Assembly (NCBI GenBank): GCA_016788295.1
Contig: JAEUSY010000013.1
Coordinates: forward strand, 1,862 to 65,861
Length of the DNA stretch: 64,000 nt
Direction of reading: 5' to 3'
Source: Flavobacteriales bacterium
GTDB taxonomy: Bacteria > Bacteroidota > Bacteroidia > Flavobacteriales_F > PHOS-HE28
In this document: one piece after another, positions 9,269 through 23,037 of the stretch
Position numbering within the stretch: the first letter of the stretch is position 1
Layout: each line of letters opens with the position of its first letter
Made by a program: the position numbers and the translations under genes
Notes under the pieces: model-generated
Seen by the model: only the letters and a program-made list of their open reading frames with translations
Database searches by the model: none
Told to the model about the DNA's origin: nothing

Positions 9269-10438
9269 TCAGTGATAGGTAAAGGTGCCGTGCGGACCGG
9301 TGAGCATCACTTCCTTGACCGGAGCGTCCTCAACCCTGCCGATCACTTTGGCCTCGATACCGAAGGCGGTGGAAATGGCGATGATCTCTGCGGCGCGAGC
9401 GGGTGGCACATAGAACTCCAACCGATGGCCCATGTTGAACACCTTGTACATCTCTTTCCAGTCGGTGCCGCTCATACGCTGAATGGCTTCAAAGAGCGGG
9501 GGAACAGGCAGCATGTCGTCCTTGATGATGCGCAGGCCCTCGACGAAGTGCAGCACCTTGGTCTGAGCTCCACCACTGCAATGCACCATACCGTGGATGT
9601 CCGGCCGCATGGCCTCAAGCACTCGCTTGACCACAGGTGCGTAGGTACGGGTGGGCGAGAGCACGGCCTTGCCATGGTCAAGCGGAGTACCTACCAACGG
9701 TTCAGTGAGGCCCGCTTGTCCGCTGTAGACCAGATCGGCGGGCGTGCCCGGATCGTAGGTCTCGGGGTACTTGGTGGCCAGTTCCTTGGCGAAAACGTCG
9801 TGGCGTGCGCTGGTGAGGCCATTGCTGCCCATGCCCGCATTGTAGGCATTCTCATAGGTGGCCTGCCCATAACTGGCCAAGGCCACGATCACATCGCCGC
9901 CCTTGATACGCGCATTATCGATGACCTCACTACGCTTCATGCGGCAGGTCACCGTGCTGTCCACGATCACGGTGCGCACCAGGTCGCCCACATCAGCGGT
10001 CTCGCCTCCGGTGCTGCGGATGCCGATGCCCAACGCACGCATACGCTCCAGGAAAAGCTCAGTGCCCTCGATCAAGGCGCTTACCACTTCGCCGGGCACG
10101 AGACGCTTGTTGCGACCGATGGTACTGCTCAGGAGAATGTTGTCCGTGGCGCCCACACAGAGCAGGTCGTCCAGGTTCATCACGATGGCGTCCTGCGCAA
10201 TGCCATGCCACACGCTCAGGTCACCGGTCTCTTTCCAGTATGCGTAGGCCAACGAGCTCTTGGTGCCTGCGCCATCGGCGTGCATCACAATGCAATGGTC
10301 CGCACTGCCGGTAAGGTCATCGGCCACCACCTTGCAGAAGGCCTTGGGGAAAAGGCCTTTGTCCAAGGCCGCGATGGCCTTGTGCACATCCTCCTTGCCG
10401 GAGGAGACACCACGCTGGGCGTAACGATCGGAGCTCAT
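9269..10438 (-). CDS. purM: Phosphoribosylformylglycinamidine cyclo-ligase (AIR synthetase)
   Basis: Full PurM similarity ([24 protein letters not shown]). The start is placed at the internal [10 protein letters not shown]; the upstream 35 aa of ORF 9269..10543 are discounted. Confidence 0.88.
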   Translation of the reverse strand: MSSDRYAQRGVSSGKEDVHKAIAALDKGLFPKAFCKVVADDLTGSADHCIVMHADGAGTKSSLAYAYWKETGDLSVWHGIAQDAIVMNLDDLLCVGATDNILLSSTIGRNKRLVPGEVVSALIEGTELFLERMRALGIGIRSTGGETADVGDLVRTVIVDSTVTCRMKRSEVIDNARIKGGDVIVALASYGQATYENAYNAGMGSNGLTSARHDVFAKELATKYPETYDPGTPADLVYSGQAGLTEPLVGTPLDHGKAVLSPTRTYAPVVKRVLEAMRPDIHGMVHCSGGAQTKVLHFVEGLRIIKDDMLPVPPLFEAIQRMSGTDWKEMYKVFNMGHRLEFYVPPARAAEIIAISTAFGIEAKVIGRVEDAPVKEVMLTGPHGTFTYH

Positions 10439-10502
10439 GGGGCGAAAAAGAAGAACGAGCATCCACCTGCAGCGGTGAATGCTCGTTCCATAGGGGTTAT
10501 GG

Positions 10503-12512
10503 CTAATTCTTCGGTGCCTGTGGAGCGGCTCCACCGGGCACATAATCCGTTCTCAGCACTTTGAAGTCGGTGCGGCGGTTCCTCTGGTGCGCTGCCTCTT
10601 GCTCCTCCTTCGTCGCCATTTTCTTGATCTGCTCCATTGTCACCACCGGCTCATCAGGACCCATGCCCACTGGCACCATGCGTGCAGGATCAATACCCTT
10701 CTCGACCAGGTAGTTCACGCAGCTCTGGGCACGATTCTGCGAAAGCTCCTTGTTACCGCCTTTGTAGCGGCGGGTCGGACGGGCATCGGTATGCGAGCGG
10801 AGCTCGATCACGATGTTCGGGTTGTCTACGAGGGTCTGGTAAAGGGTCTCCAAGCTGTCCTTGGCTTCCGGGCGAAGGAAGAACTGGTCGACATCATAGA
10901 GGATCTGTGGCAATGCAATGGGCCCTCCAGTAGGCTCAAGGAAATACTCTTTCACGAAGGTGGTGCTCTCGGTGAGGCCCACGGTGGTGATCTGGTCCTT
11001 CACTACGAGATAGCCTTCCTTCTCGGCGATGATGCTGTAGCTCACCCCTTCCTTGATGTAGCGGTCCTTACCGTTCTCAACGAAGCTGAAGCCGCCGTTC
11101 TCATCGGTGATCGCACTGAAGTTGCTACCGTTGGTACCCACCACGCTGATCTTCACGCCGGCCAGCGGGGTGTTGGTCTTCTTGTCGTACGTGGTACCCT
11201 GCAGGGCGAACACCATGTCGGGCATGTAGAAGCGCCAGATATCATCCTGGCCTTTGCCACCGGGACGGTTACTGGTGAAGAAACCCTTGTCGTTCTCACC
11301 ATCGAACACGATGGCGAAATCATCGGAAGCACTGTTCAGCGGGGCCTTCAGGTTCTCCACCTGGCCCCAAGTGTTGTCGCCGGTCTTCTCAGCGCGGAAC
11401 ATGTCCATGCCGCCCATGCCAGCGTGGCCGTTGGAAGCGAAGTAGAGGCTACCATCGAAGCGCACGAAGGGGAAGAGCTCGTCCTTGGACGTGTTCACAT
11501 CGGCACCGAGGTTCACCGGTTGACCAACAGGCTTACCGTCCTTGTCGATCTTCACGACATACAGGTCCTTGCCACCCTTATGACCGGCACCCCGCCAGTT
11601 GGTGGCGAACACCAGTGCGTCCTCGTTGGGGGTTAGGGCCGGATGACCTACAGTAATGGTATCCTCCTTGCCAGGTGCGGGCTTCAGGGCCAGCATCACC
11701 GGCTCGCTGAAGTTGTTGCCCACCTTCTTGCTCACCCAGATGTCGCAGGCGAGGACCTTCTTCTTTTCGGAAGGGCAACGGGTAAAGAACATCAGCGTGC
11801 GCTTCGAGTTGAAGATCGGCGCGCCTTCGTTGCCTTCGGTGTTCACCTCCAGGCCCAGTTTCACGGGTTCGCTCCACTTGCCTTGGCGGTCGCGGGTGCT
11901 GGTGAACAGATCGCTGAACGCATCACCAATAATACCATCGGTGTTCGCGCCAGTTGCTGCAGGGCGGGTGCTGGTGAACACCACTGACTCGTTCTTTTTG
12001 TCAGCGAACGCAGGGGTGAAATCGTAGTTCGGGGTGTTCAGGAGCACCTCGGGATCAACCGAGTAGCGGGTGGGACTGTCCTTCCACTTTTGTGCCATCT
12101 GGCAGGCAGCGATCCCAGCGTCAGCGCGCGCATCGGCAGGCTTCTTCTCCTTGTACTTGTTATAGGCGGCAATGGCATCAGGGTATTTGCCCTGCTGCTT
12201 CAGCATTTCGGCCACGTAGAAGTACGAGATGGGATCGTCGTACTGTGCCTTATTGGCCTTCTCGTACCACACCTGCGCCTGCTGTACATCACCCAGGGCG
12301 CGGTAGCTCTCGGCCACTTTGAAGATAAGCTCGGCCTTGGTGCTGGCCTTCTTCTCCACCGTGTAGGCTTTCTTGTAAAGCTCGATGGCATTGAAGTAGA
12401 AACCCTTGCTGAATGCCTGGTCGGCCTCTTCGGCCAAGCGGCTTTGGGCAAAGGCCGCAGTGGTGAACAACAGGCTTACAAGCAGGCTTCCCAGGATCTT
12501 CCGTGTGATCAT
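10503..12512 (-). CDS. OmpA-family outer membrane protein with N-terminal TPR and TolB-like beta-propeller region
   Basis: Signal peptide. TPR-like N-terminus. Repeated FTS/FAS propeller motifs. C-terminal OmpA domain (ELRSHTDARPTRRYKGGNKELSQNRAQS). Confidence 0.8.
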   Translation of the reverse strand: MITRKILGSLLVSLLFTTAAFAQSRLAEEADQAFSKGFYFNAIELYKKAYTVEKKASTKAELIFKVAESYRALGDVQQAQVWYEKANKAQYDDPISYFYVAEMLKQQGKYPDAIAAYNKYKEKKPADARADAGIAACQMAQKWKDSPTRYSVDPEVLLNTPNYDFTPAFADKKNESVVFTSTRPAATGANTDGIIGDAFSDLFTSTRDRQGKWSEPVKLGLEVNTEGNEGAPIFNSKRTLMFFTRCPSEKKKVLACDIWVSKKVGNNFSEPVMLALKPAPGKEDTITVGHPALTPNEDALVFATNWRGAGHKGGKDLYVVKIDKDGKPVGQPVNLGADVNTSKDELFPFVRFDGSLYFASNGHAGMGGMDMFRAEKTGDNTWGQVENLKAPLNSASDDFAIVFDGENDKGFFTSNRPGGKGQDDIWRFYMPDMVFALQGTTYDKKTNTPLAGVKISVVGTNGSNFSAITDENGGFSFVENGKDRYIKEGVSYSIIAEKEGYLVVKDQITTVGLTESTTFVKEYFLEPTGGPIALPQILYDVDQFFLRPEAKDSLETLYQTLVDNPNIVIELRSHTDARPTRRYKGGNKELSQNRAQSCVNYLVEKGIDPARMVPVGMGPDEPVVTMEQIKKMATKEEQEAAHQRNRRTDFKVLRTDYVPGGAAPQAPKN

Positions 12513-12605
12513 CTCGTTGGATCTAGATCTGTTCCGGTTACTAACGTGGTCCGGGCGAAGATAAGGAGATCCCCCAATGGCGAAAGTCCAACAGTGAATG
12601 AACGG

Positions 12606-12631
12606 AAAAAGGGCCCATTCGGACCCTTTCC
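12606..12631 (-). terminator. Rho-independent terminator downstream of glnN
   Basis: Minus-strand reading AAAGGGTCCGAATGGGCCCTTTTTCC gives a GC-rich 9-bp stem with one mismatch, followed by a T-run. Confidence 0.5.
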
Positions 12632-12653
12632 CCTTGGACGCTCAGAAGACCTA

Positions 12654-14846
<2,193 letters not shown>

Positions 14847-15024
14847 GGAAAAAGTGTGTTTTTCTGGCGCGAAGGTATTTATTCGAAGGGGGTGTTACCA
14901 AAAATGACGCATCATTCTTTACCAACACCCCCTGAAAAATCGGACCACATCACCAAGAAGCTCACAGCAAGCCCATTCATGTCACCACGCATGAGGTCAG
15001 GAGCAGAGATAATTGAAGATGTGA

Positions 15025-15963
15025 TCAGCCGCGCTGAAGTACCAGCACCACAAAGGCCACATAAGCCAGCACCAGCAGGGCTCCTTGCCAGCGACCCACT
15101 TTATCGCCAATGCGCATCAGCGGATAAAGCGCCAGGGAGATGACCAGCATGGCCATGATATCCAGTACGAACCCGGACCGGTCCACATTGATGGGCATCA
15201 CCATGGACGAGATGCCGATGATACCAAGCAGGTTGAAGATGTTGGAGCCGATGAGGTTGCCCAGCGAGATATCGGCCTGTTTGCGCATGGCGGCCAACAG
15301 CGACGTGACCAGTTCGGGCAACGATGTGCCCACCGCCACCACGGTAACGCCAATAAGCTGTTCGCTTACGCCCATTCCGCGGGAGATGCCTACAGCGCCC
15401 TCAACGAACCAATCGGCTCCCTTGGCCAGGCCCAGGATACCGAACACCAACATGAGCAGCGCGCCCCAGAGCGGATACTTGGTGGGCACCTCCACGGATG
15501 TTCCCGACCTGGCCGAAGCACGGCGCGAGGCGATGATCATCCAGGCCACATAGGAGACCAGCAGTAAAAAGAAGAACAGGCCTTCCATGCGCGAGAACTG
15601 ATCGTCGCGAAGGAATACCCAGAACAGGATGGAGACCACCATCATCACCGGCCAGTGGATCCGGCGGGCATCGCGGTCCACCTCAATGGGGAACACCAGT
15701 ACACAAGCGCCAAGGATGAAACTGATGTTCACGATGTTGGAACCCACCACGTTTCCGACCGCAATGGCGGAACTGCCCTTCATGGCCGCGATCAGGCTTA
15801 CAAGCAGTTCAGGCGCGGAAGTCCCCATGGACACCACTGTCAGGCCAACGACCAGCGGCGAGATGCGTGCACGGAACGCGATGTCGACCGCACCGCGGAT
15901 CATCACCTCGGCACCGACCACCAAGGCGACAAGACCACCCAGAGTGAGCAGGATGTCCATCAT
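15025..15963 (-). CDS. Ca2+/Na+ antiporter, CaCA family (YrbG-like)
   Basis: Two alpha-repeat motifs GNVVGSNIVNI and GNLIGSNIFNL. About 10 TM segments. Confidence 0.85.
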   Translation of the reverse strand: MMDILLTLGGLVALVVGAEVMIRGAVDIAFRARISPLVVGLTVVSMGTSAPELLVSLIAAMKGSSAIAVGNVVGSNIVNISFILGACVLVFPIEVDRDARRIHWPVMMVVSILFWVFLRDDQFSRMEGLFFFLLLVSYVAWMIIASRRASARSGTSVEVPTKYPLWGALLMLVFGILGLAKGADWFVEGAVGISRGMGVSEQLIGVTVVAVGTSLPELVTSLLAAMRKQADISLGNLIGSNIFNLLGIIGISSMVMPINVDRSGFVLDIMAMLVISLALYPLMRIGDKVGRWQGALLVLAYVAFVVLVLQRG

Positions 15964-16265
15964 GGCTTCTCGGAGAGTTCATTTCCGGCCGAGGTGGTAG
16001 TTGGCGCGTCCTCGGCTGTTGGCCTCTGCTGCTCGTATTGGTCCTGCAGTGTCCGCCGCTGTTCCTCCACGGTGCGCCGCACATCATTGGCCCCACGCTG
16101 GATCTCCCGCTGCACTTCGTTGCTTGCATCCCGCACCTGGCGCATGGTCCGGCCCAAGGTGCGCGCAATATCCGGGATCCCTTTCGCACCAAAGAACATC
16201 AGCACGAACAAGAGGATGACCATGAGCTCTCCCCCACTGATGTCGAACAATAGAACAATGTGCAT
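15960..16265 (-). CDS. tatA: Twin-arginine translocase TatA/TatE family subunit
   Basis: N-terminal TM helix followed by the amphipathic FGAKGIPDIARTLGR motif. Acidic, low-complexity C-terminus. Confidence 0.75.
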   Translation of the reverse strand: MHIVLLFDISGGELMVILLFVLMFFGAKGIPDIARTLGRTMRQVRDASNEVQREIQRGANDVRRTVEEQRRTLQDQYEQQRPTAEDAPTTTSAGNELSEKP

Positions 16266-16331
16266 GGCCGGGCCAAAAGTAGAAAGTCCTGCCGCGTGGC
16301 AGGACTTTCCAAATAGAACGTGGCTTAGTGC

Positions 16332-19300
16332 TTAGGCCTTGGGTTCCTTCTTGTGCAGGTCGACCACGATGGAACCGGCCACGAACACCGAGGAATAGGT
16401 ACCCACGAGGATACCGATGAGCAGTGCGAACACGAAGCCCTTGATGGCGACACCGCCGAAGAGGAAGATGATGAACAGCACCAGCAAGGTGGTCAACGAT
16501 GTGTTCATGGTACGGCCGAGCGTGGAGTTGATGGCCTTGTTGACCACCACACCGAACTCATCGCGCTTGTGGTCGCGAACGTATTCGCGGATGCGGTCGA
16601 ACACCACCACGGTATCGTTGATGGAGTAACCGATCACGGTGAGAATGGCGGCAATGAAGGCCTCATCGATCTCCAAGGAGAAGGGCATCACCTTGTACAG
16701 CAGCGAGTACAGACCCAGCACCACCAGTGCATCGTGCAACAGTGAGAGCAGGCCGGCCATGCCGTAGCGCCAGTCGCGGAAACGCACTGCGATGTACAGG
16801 AAGATGAGTGCAAGTGCGATGGTCAGTGAAGTGATCGCATTGGTCTTGATGTCATCGCTGATGGTCGCGTCCACTTTGCGCGATTCGGTGATGTCGTAGG
16901 CGTTGTTCAAGGTGGCCAGACCTTCGTTCAAACGGCCATCCACTTTTTCGTCCGTGGCCGTACCTGTCTCGTTGAACAGGTAGTTCGTCGTGATCTTCAC
17001 CTGACGGGCACCACCGTAGGTCTTCACGTTCACGGTGCTCTTCACACCAGCATCATCCACGAAACGGGGCTCCAGTGCAGTACGGACGTCATCCACACGC
17101 ACATCCTCTTTGAACTTCACCACATAGGTGCGACCACCGCTGAAGTCGACGCCCCAGTTGAAGCCTTGGGTGAACATGGAGCCAATGCCTATGGCGATAA
17201 CGATACCGCTCACGACATAGAACATCTTGCGTTTGTTCATGAACTCGTAACGGGCGTTCACGAAGATGTCCTTGCTCCAGTTGTTCCATACCTCGAAGGA
17301 CTTGCCCGCATCCAGACGCCCCGTAATGATGAGGCGCGCCAGGAACAAGGCCGTGAACAATGAGGTAAGGATACCGAGACCCAATGTGGCAGCGAAGCCT
17401 TGTACAGGACCTGAACCGAAGATCAACAGGATCACGGCCACGATCAAGGTGGTGACGTTGGAGTCGATAATGGCAGAGAGGGCGCCCTTGTAACCGAGAT
17501 CCACGGCCGACTTCATCATCTTGCCCGCACGCAATTCCTCGCGGATACGCTCGTAGATCAGCACGTTGGCATCCACGGCCATACCCATGGTGAGCACGAT
17601 ACCGGCGATACCGGGCAACGTAAGCGCGGCTTGGAGCGAAGCGAGCGAACCGATCAGCACGAACAGGTTCACCAACAGGGCCAGATCTGCGACCCACCCT
17701 GCACGAGCGTAATACAGCGCCATGTACACCATGACCAGCAGCAGGGCCACCGCGAAGGAGATCATCCCTTTGCGGATATTGTCCTCACCCAGTGAGGCAC
17801 CCACCACGGTCTCGTCGATGATGCGGGCAGGCGCAGGCAGCGCACCGGCCTTCAGGATGTTCGCAAGGTCCTCCGCCTCTTGGATCTGTTTGTTCAGATC
17901 GCCGGTACCCAGCGTAATGCTGGAGCGACCACCAGCGATCTCGCTCTGTACAATGGGAGCGCTGTACACCAGTTCATCAAGCACGATGGCCACGGCCTTA
18001 CCGATGTTGTCACCGGTCATCACCTTCCAGACCTGGGCGCCTTCGGCGTTCATCTGCATACGCACTTCCACAGAACCCTTCATGTCGAAGTCCTGATCGG
18101 CGCCAACAATAGCGCTACCGTCCAACTTGGGCTTACCTCCGGGAGGAACACGCAATGCGTATAGGTTCAATACCTCCACATCTCCATTGGTTCCGGTCAT
18201 TACCTCGGGCTTTGCGGCCCAAGCCAGCTTCACATCGCCGGGCAGGGAGGTCCGCACCGTCTCCATGCGGAGATATCGGTTAACCTGAGCGGTATCGGCC
18301 ACGCGGGCGCTACCTACCACTGGACCTTGGGCGAGATTGAACCCACCATCACGGGCCGGAGCATAGGCCGGGGTCAGAACAGCGAACAGGGGGTTTTTCT
18401 TGGTGAACTCGGCACGTTCCACCTCCGGGTCCTTTACGGCCGTATCGCCCGCGAGGGTGTCATTCATCGTGCTATCCACCACCGTCGTATCGGTGGCTAC
18501 GGTCGCCAGCGAGTCAGGCTTCGCCGTCACCGTGGTATCCACTGTCGCAGTATCTACGGCGGTGGCAGCTTGGGCCGCATCCGGGTTCAGCAGTGTTCCG
18601 AGACGGGTGTTGGCCTGCTCCAGTTGGGCATACACATCCCGGTTGTCGAAGGTCTCCCAGAACTCCAGGTTCGCCGTGCTCTGCAGCACTTTACGTACGC
18701 GCTCCTTATCCTTCACACCGGGCAGTTCGATCTGGATACGACCGGTGAACTGTTGCTTCTGAATGCTGGGCTGCGCCACGCCGAACTTGTCGATACGGGT
18801 ACGCAGGATACGCTCCGTATTGTTCAGCGCGCTTTCCGCTTCGCGACGCAGGGCATTGAGGTAATCCTCATCCGAGCCCTCACGGTCGAACATATCCTTG
18901 CGATCGGGCGAATAGAAGATGGCGGACAAGGGACCATGCCCCTCCACCTTGGCGAACTCCTCTCCGAAAAGGGTGATGAAATCGGCATCGCTGCTCGTCT
19001 GGCGGGCACGGGCCTTTGCCATGGCGGTAACGAATGCTGGATCAGTGCTGTTCTCGCTCAGGTTCTCGACCAGTTCAGGGATGCTTACCTCCAAGGTCAC
19101 GGCCATGCCGCCCTTCAGGTCAAGACCAAGGTTGATCTCCTTCTCCTTGCATTCGGCGTAGGAGTAGCCCAGTACGGGATACACCTTGTCACCTGCATGT
19201 TCACGGAGGTACTGGTTCTCGTATTGGAGTTCCAGGGCCTGCATGTCCACCTCGGAGCCGCGGCCGAGCGCGGTCAACGAATCGGAAGCGGCCTGGGCCA

Positions 19301-19424
19301 GGACCTTCGCTTCAGCGCTGGCCTTACGCTCCAGACCTGAGGTGAATACGGAGAAGGACAACTGGTAAACACACGCGAGCGCCAACAGGACGGTGAAGAT
19401 CCAAAGCGCGCCTCTATTCTGCAT
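16332..19424 (-). CDS. secDF: Protein translocase subunit SecDF (fused)
   Basis: 1030 aa. SecD N-terminal region plus two 6-TM SecD/SecF modules. The fusion is typical of Bacteroidota. Confidence 0.9.
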   Translation of the reverse strand: MQNRGALWIFTVLLALACVYQLSFSVFTSGLERKASAEAKVLAQAASDSLTALGRGSEVDMQALELQYENQYLREHAGDKVYPVLGYSYAECKEKEINLGLDLKGGMAVTLEVSIPELVENLSENSTDPAFVTAMAKARARQTSSDADFITLFGEEFAKVEGHGPLSAIFYSPDRKDMFDREGSDEDYLNALRREAESALNNTERILRTRIDKFGVAQPSIQKQQFTGRIQIELPGVKDKERVRKVLQSTANLEFWETFDNRDVYAQLEQANTRLGTLLNPDAAQAATAVDTATVDTTVTAKPDSLATVATDTTVVDSTMNDTLAGDTAVKDPEVERAEFTKKNPLFAVLTPAYAPARDGGFNLAQGPVVGSARVADTAQVNRYLRMETVRTSLPGDVKLAWAAKPEVMTGTNGDVEVLNLYALRVPPGGKPKLDGSAIVGADQDFDMKGSVEVRMQMNAEGAQVWKVMTGDNIGKAVAIVLDELVYSAPIVQSEIAGGRSSITLGTGDLNKQIQEAEDLANILKAGALPAPARIIDETVVGASLGEDNIRKGMISFAVALLLVMVYMALYYARAGWVADLALLVNLFVLIGSLASLQAALTLPGIAGIVLTMGMAVDANVLIYERIREELRAGKMMKSAVDLGYKGALSAIIDSNVTTLIVAVILLIFGSGPVQGFAATLGLGILTSLFTALFLARLIITGRLDAGKSFEVWNNWSKDIFVNARYEFMNKRKMFYVVSGIVIAIGIGSMFTQGFNWGVDFSGGRTYVVKFKEDVRVDDVRTALEPRFVDDAGVKSTVNVKTYGGARQVKITTNYLFNETGTATDEKVDGRLNEGLATLNNAYDITESRKVDATISDDIKTNAITSLTIALALIFLYIAVRFRDWRYGMAGLLSLLHDALVVLGLYSLLYKVMPFSLEIDEAFIAAILTVIGYSINDTVVVFDRIREYVRDHKRDEFGVVVNKAINSTLGRTMNTSLTTLLVLFIIFLFGGVAIKGFVFALLIGILVGTYSSVFVAGSIVVDLHKKEPKA

Positions 19425-19565
19425 GACGAAGGGTTTTCAACAAAGAAGGCGGCAAATATAGCGTTGTTGGCCTACCCCCAAAGACCGGGACGCAGATGGC
19501 ACCGGACTATCTTTGAAGCATCGTCCGAAAAGGGTGCTGACAGCCCCGAACCAATCCTGCGCAAC

Positions 19566-21858
19566 CATGACCATGTGCCTATACCAAAGGTCCTCAAGAA
19601 CAGTGCTGCTCGCCGCTTTATTGGCTCCGGCGGTCAACTTGGCCCAATGGGACCTTCAATTCGACCCTACCGTACAGGTCATCAGACAGGAGAACACTCT
19701 TGACCTGGCCTGGGCAGGAGGCTTGAATTCCCCTCAAACGGGGACCATTGACCTTAACGGAGACGGGTTGAAGGACCTGCTCCTTTTTGACCGCATTGGC
19801 AACAAGGTGGTGACCCTCCTTCGCACTAGCGCAACCGGCACACAAGGCTACCAGTTGACCCGCGCCTACGATGATGTGTGGCCGTTCCGGGAACTGCACG
19901 ATTGGGTGTTGCTGCGCGATTATAACTGTGATGGCAAGGAGGACATCTTCAGTTACTCACAGGCCGGCTTTTCAGTGTACAAGAACATCAGCACGTCGGC
20001 CGGTCCTGCCTTTGAACTGGTCTCCTTCCGGGTGAACTCCAACTATGTGTCCCCATCAGGGGCGGGCTCGGTGGCCAACCTGTTCATCTCACAAGTGGAC
20101 CTGCCCGGCATTGCCGACATGGACGGCGATGGCGATATGGACATCCTGACCTTCAGTCTTCTGGGGTCCTATGTGGAATACCATCGCAATCTGAGCATGG
20201 AGTTGTATGGCACTTGTGACAGCCTCAAATACGAGGTCCGCAACAAGTGCTGGGGCTTCTTCACGGAGAACTTCAACAACAACTCCGTTGCGTTGAACAC
20301 CCCTTGCAACTTCAACGTACCAAATCCCGAGATCGGCCTTGAACCCGGTGGGGTTGCACGCTCAACTGATAACGAAGGAAGGCCTAAAGCGCATGCGGGC
20401 AGCACCCTTACCCAACTGGACCTGAACGGCGACGGCCTTATGGACCTGCTGCTTGGCGACATATCCTACCAGAACGTTGTGGGCCTTTACAATGGAGGCT
20501 CGGCCGCACAAAGCCTGATGACCGTTGAGGACACGCTGTTCCCCAGCTACAATACCAGCGTGGACCTTCCCTTGTTCCCTGCAACTTTCTTCGTGGACCT
20601 GGACAACGATGGTAACCGCGATCTGCTCGTGAGCCCGAACGCCACATCGCTCACCCAGAACTACCGGAGCATGTGGTACTACAGGAACACTGCCACGGAT
20701 GCGGCACCCTACTTCGAAAAACAGAGCGAGGACCTTTTCCAATCGCGCATGATCGAACTGGGAGAAGGCGCCTATCCGGTTCCTTTCGACCACAATGGCG
20801 ATGGCCTCATGGACCTAGTGGTCTCCAACCATGGATACTACACTCCGGGCGATCTTTACGTTGGTAAAATGGCGCTTTTCCAGAACATTGGGACCGCCAC
20901 CGCACCATCGTTCCAACAAGTAACGGACGACTATATGAACCTGTCCACCAGCGGCATCGGCTGGAGCATGTATCCTGCATTTGGCGATCTGGATGGTGAT
21001 GGTGACAAGGACCTGCTGATCGGCGACCTGCAAGGACGCTTACACTTTTACAGGAATACGGCAACCGGGGCTGTTGCCCAATTCCAGTTGGTTCTACCCA
21101 ACGTAACGGATGCCACCGGTGCCGTGATCGATGTAGGACAATTCGCCACCCCGCAATTGGAAGACATGAACAATGACCAGTTGCTGGACCTGGTGATCGG
21201 CGAACGGAACGGCAACCTGAATCTCTATATCAATACAGGTTCCGTATCGGCCCCGGTGTGGACGCTGCAGAGCGAGACCTTGGGTGGTGTGCAAGTAGCC
21301 GAATGGTGGAACGTGACCGGTCATGCAGTGCCCGTGATATTCCGGAACACACTCGGCGAGCGGGAACTGCTTTGCGGTTCTGAATCAGGCTGGCTGTACC
21401 ACTACGTGAACGTTGAGAGCAACATCGGCGGAACATGGACCTTGGCCGACAGCACCTTCCTTGGGTTGTACGATGGCCCCAGAAGCGCTCCCTGCCTCTA
21501 TGACTTCACTGGTGATGGAGAACTGGACCTGATCGTTGGCAACTACCGCGGTGGCCTTAGCTTCTGGCGCAGCGATGAGGTACAAACAACCCTTGAAAAC
21601 AATATCCCGCGCCCCAGTTTTCTGCTCACCCCGAACCCGTCCACCGATATGGTGACCATTCAGATCAGTGACGCCATTCCACCCTCGCCTTGGACCCTGA
21701 TGGATGCAGTGGGCCGTATCGTAATGACAGGCAGAACACAAGGCCAGCGGACCACCTTGGACATCAGTGGAATAAGCGAAGGCAGTTACGTGCTCTGGCT
21801 TGACCTGCCCACGGGCCGCGCAACAGAGCGCCTGATACATGCGATCGGCAGAAAGTAG
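19566..21858 (+). CDS. FG-GAP/VCBS-repeat protein with T9SS type-A C-terminal sorting domain
   Basis: Signal peptide at MTMCLYQ...AQ. Repeated DxDGDGxxD(L/I) FG-GAP-like motifs. C-terminus LLTPNPSTDMVTIQ...GSYVLWLDL...IGRK matches the Por_Secre_tail pattern. Confidence 0.75.
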
Positions 21859-21877
21859 ACCAGCCTACAAGAAAGAA

Positions 21878-21912
21878 GGGCCGCGTTCTCAACGAACGCG
21901 GCCCTTTTGCTT
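21878..21912 (+). terminator. Bidirectional Rho-independent terminator between the convergent FG-GAP gene and mdh
   Basis: GGGCCGCGTTC-tcaac-GAACGCGGCCC followed by TTTTGCTT. Confidence 0.6.
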
Positions 21913-21938
21913 GATGAATGTTCTTGTCCTGCGTGAGA

Positions 21939-22877
21939 TCAGGCGCCAACGCTCATATTGTCGAGCACGTCCATGACCTCCTTCACCGCCTTGGCGCTGG
22001 CCTTCACCAGTTCCATTTCCTCCGCAGTGAGCTGAAGCTCGATGATGCGCTCAACACCCTTTCGGCCCAGGATCACAGGAGCACCCATGTAGATGTCCTT
22101 CAGACCATATTCGCCTTGCAGCCAAACACAGCAGGGGAACACGCGCTTCTGGTCACGCACAATGGCCTCCACCATTTGTGCTGCGGCCGTACCGGGAGCA
22201 TACCAAGCACTGGTACCCAGCAGGTTCACGATCTCGCCGCCACCCTTCTTGGTGCGTTCCACGATCGCATCCAGTTTCTCCTTGGAGATGAGTTCCGTTA
22301 CGGGGATGCCGCCAACGGTGGTGTAGCGAGGCAGGGGTACCATGGTATCACCATGCCCGCCCATGAGCACGGCCTGGATATCCTTGGGGCTCACGTTCAG
22401 TGCTTCGGCCAGGAAGGCGCGGTAGCGGGCGGTATCGAGGATACCGGCCATACCGAACACACGCTGGCTGGGGAGCTTGCTGTTGATGTACGAGCAGTAG
22501 GTCATCACATCGAGCGGGTTGCTCACGATGATGATGATCGCGTCCGGAGAGTGCTTCACCACGTTCTCGGTCACGCTCTTCACGATGGCTGCATTGGTCG
22601 CGATCAGATCATCGCGGCTCATGCCGGGCTTGCGGGGCAGGCCACTGGTGATCACCACCACATCGCTTCCGGCGGTCTTGGTATAGTCGTTCGTCGAGCC
22701 TGTGAGGCGCGAATCGAAGAGATTGATGGGCGAGGTCTGCCAGATATCGAGCGCCTTGCCTTCGGCAAAACCTTCCTTGATGTCCAGGAGGACCACTTCG
22801 TTGGCCAGTTCCCAACGGGCCACGGCATCGGCGCACGTAGCGCCAACGTTACCGGCCCCTACCACAGTGACTTTCAT
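21939..22877 (-). CDS. mdh: Malate dehydrogenase (NAD-dependent, LDH-like family)
   Basis: MKVTVVGAGNVG Rossmann start. Catalytic region IVSNPLDVMT...GGHGDTMVP. Confidence 0.9.
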   Translation of the reverse strand: MKVTVVGAGNVGATCADAVARWELANEVVLLDIKEGFAEGKALDIWQTSPINLFDSRLTGSTNDYTKTAGSDVVVITSGLPRKPGMSRDDLIATNAAIVKSVTENVVKHSPDAIIIIVSNPLDVMTYCSYINSKLPSQRVFGMAGILDTARYRAFLAEALNVSPKDIQAVLMGGHGDTMVPLPRYTTVGGIPVTELISKEKLDAIVERTKKGGGEIVNLLGTSAWYAPGTAAAQMVEAIVRDQKRVFPCCVWLQGEYGLKDIYMGAPVILGRKGVERIIELQLTAEEMELVKASAKAVKEVMDVLDNMSVGA

Positions 22878-23037
22878 TGCTTTACGCAGGTTGTAAGATT
22901 GTTGTTCGAAGAAAGCGGGCACGAAAGTAAGCGATCCCCAAGGCCCGTACCTGACGATCGTTAACGGCGGGGCCCGGAAGAGAATTCTCGAACTCCGGAG
23001 GCATCCTTTTCAACCGCTTTTCGTCAATTGGACGGAC

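Noticed and set aside
7259-11636. Series of 300-460-aa plus-strand ORFs (7259..8248, 8238..9218, 9191..10564, 10587..11636)
   Set aside because: All are antisense to pyrF, prfA, purM and the OmpA-family gene. Their composition is biased and they contain no motifs.
18327-19340. 337-aa plus-strand ORF antisense to secDF
   Set aside because: Antisense artefact.
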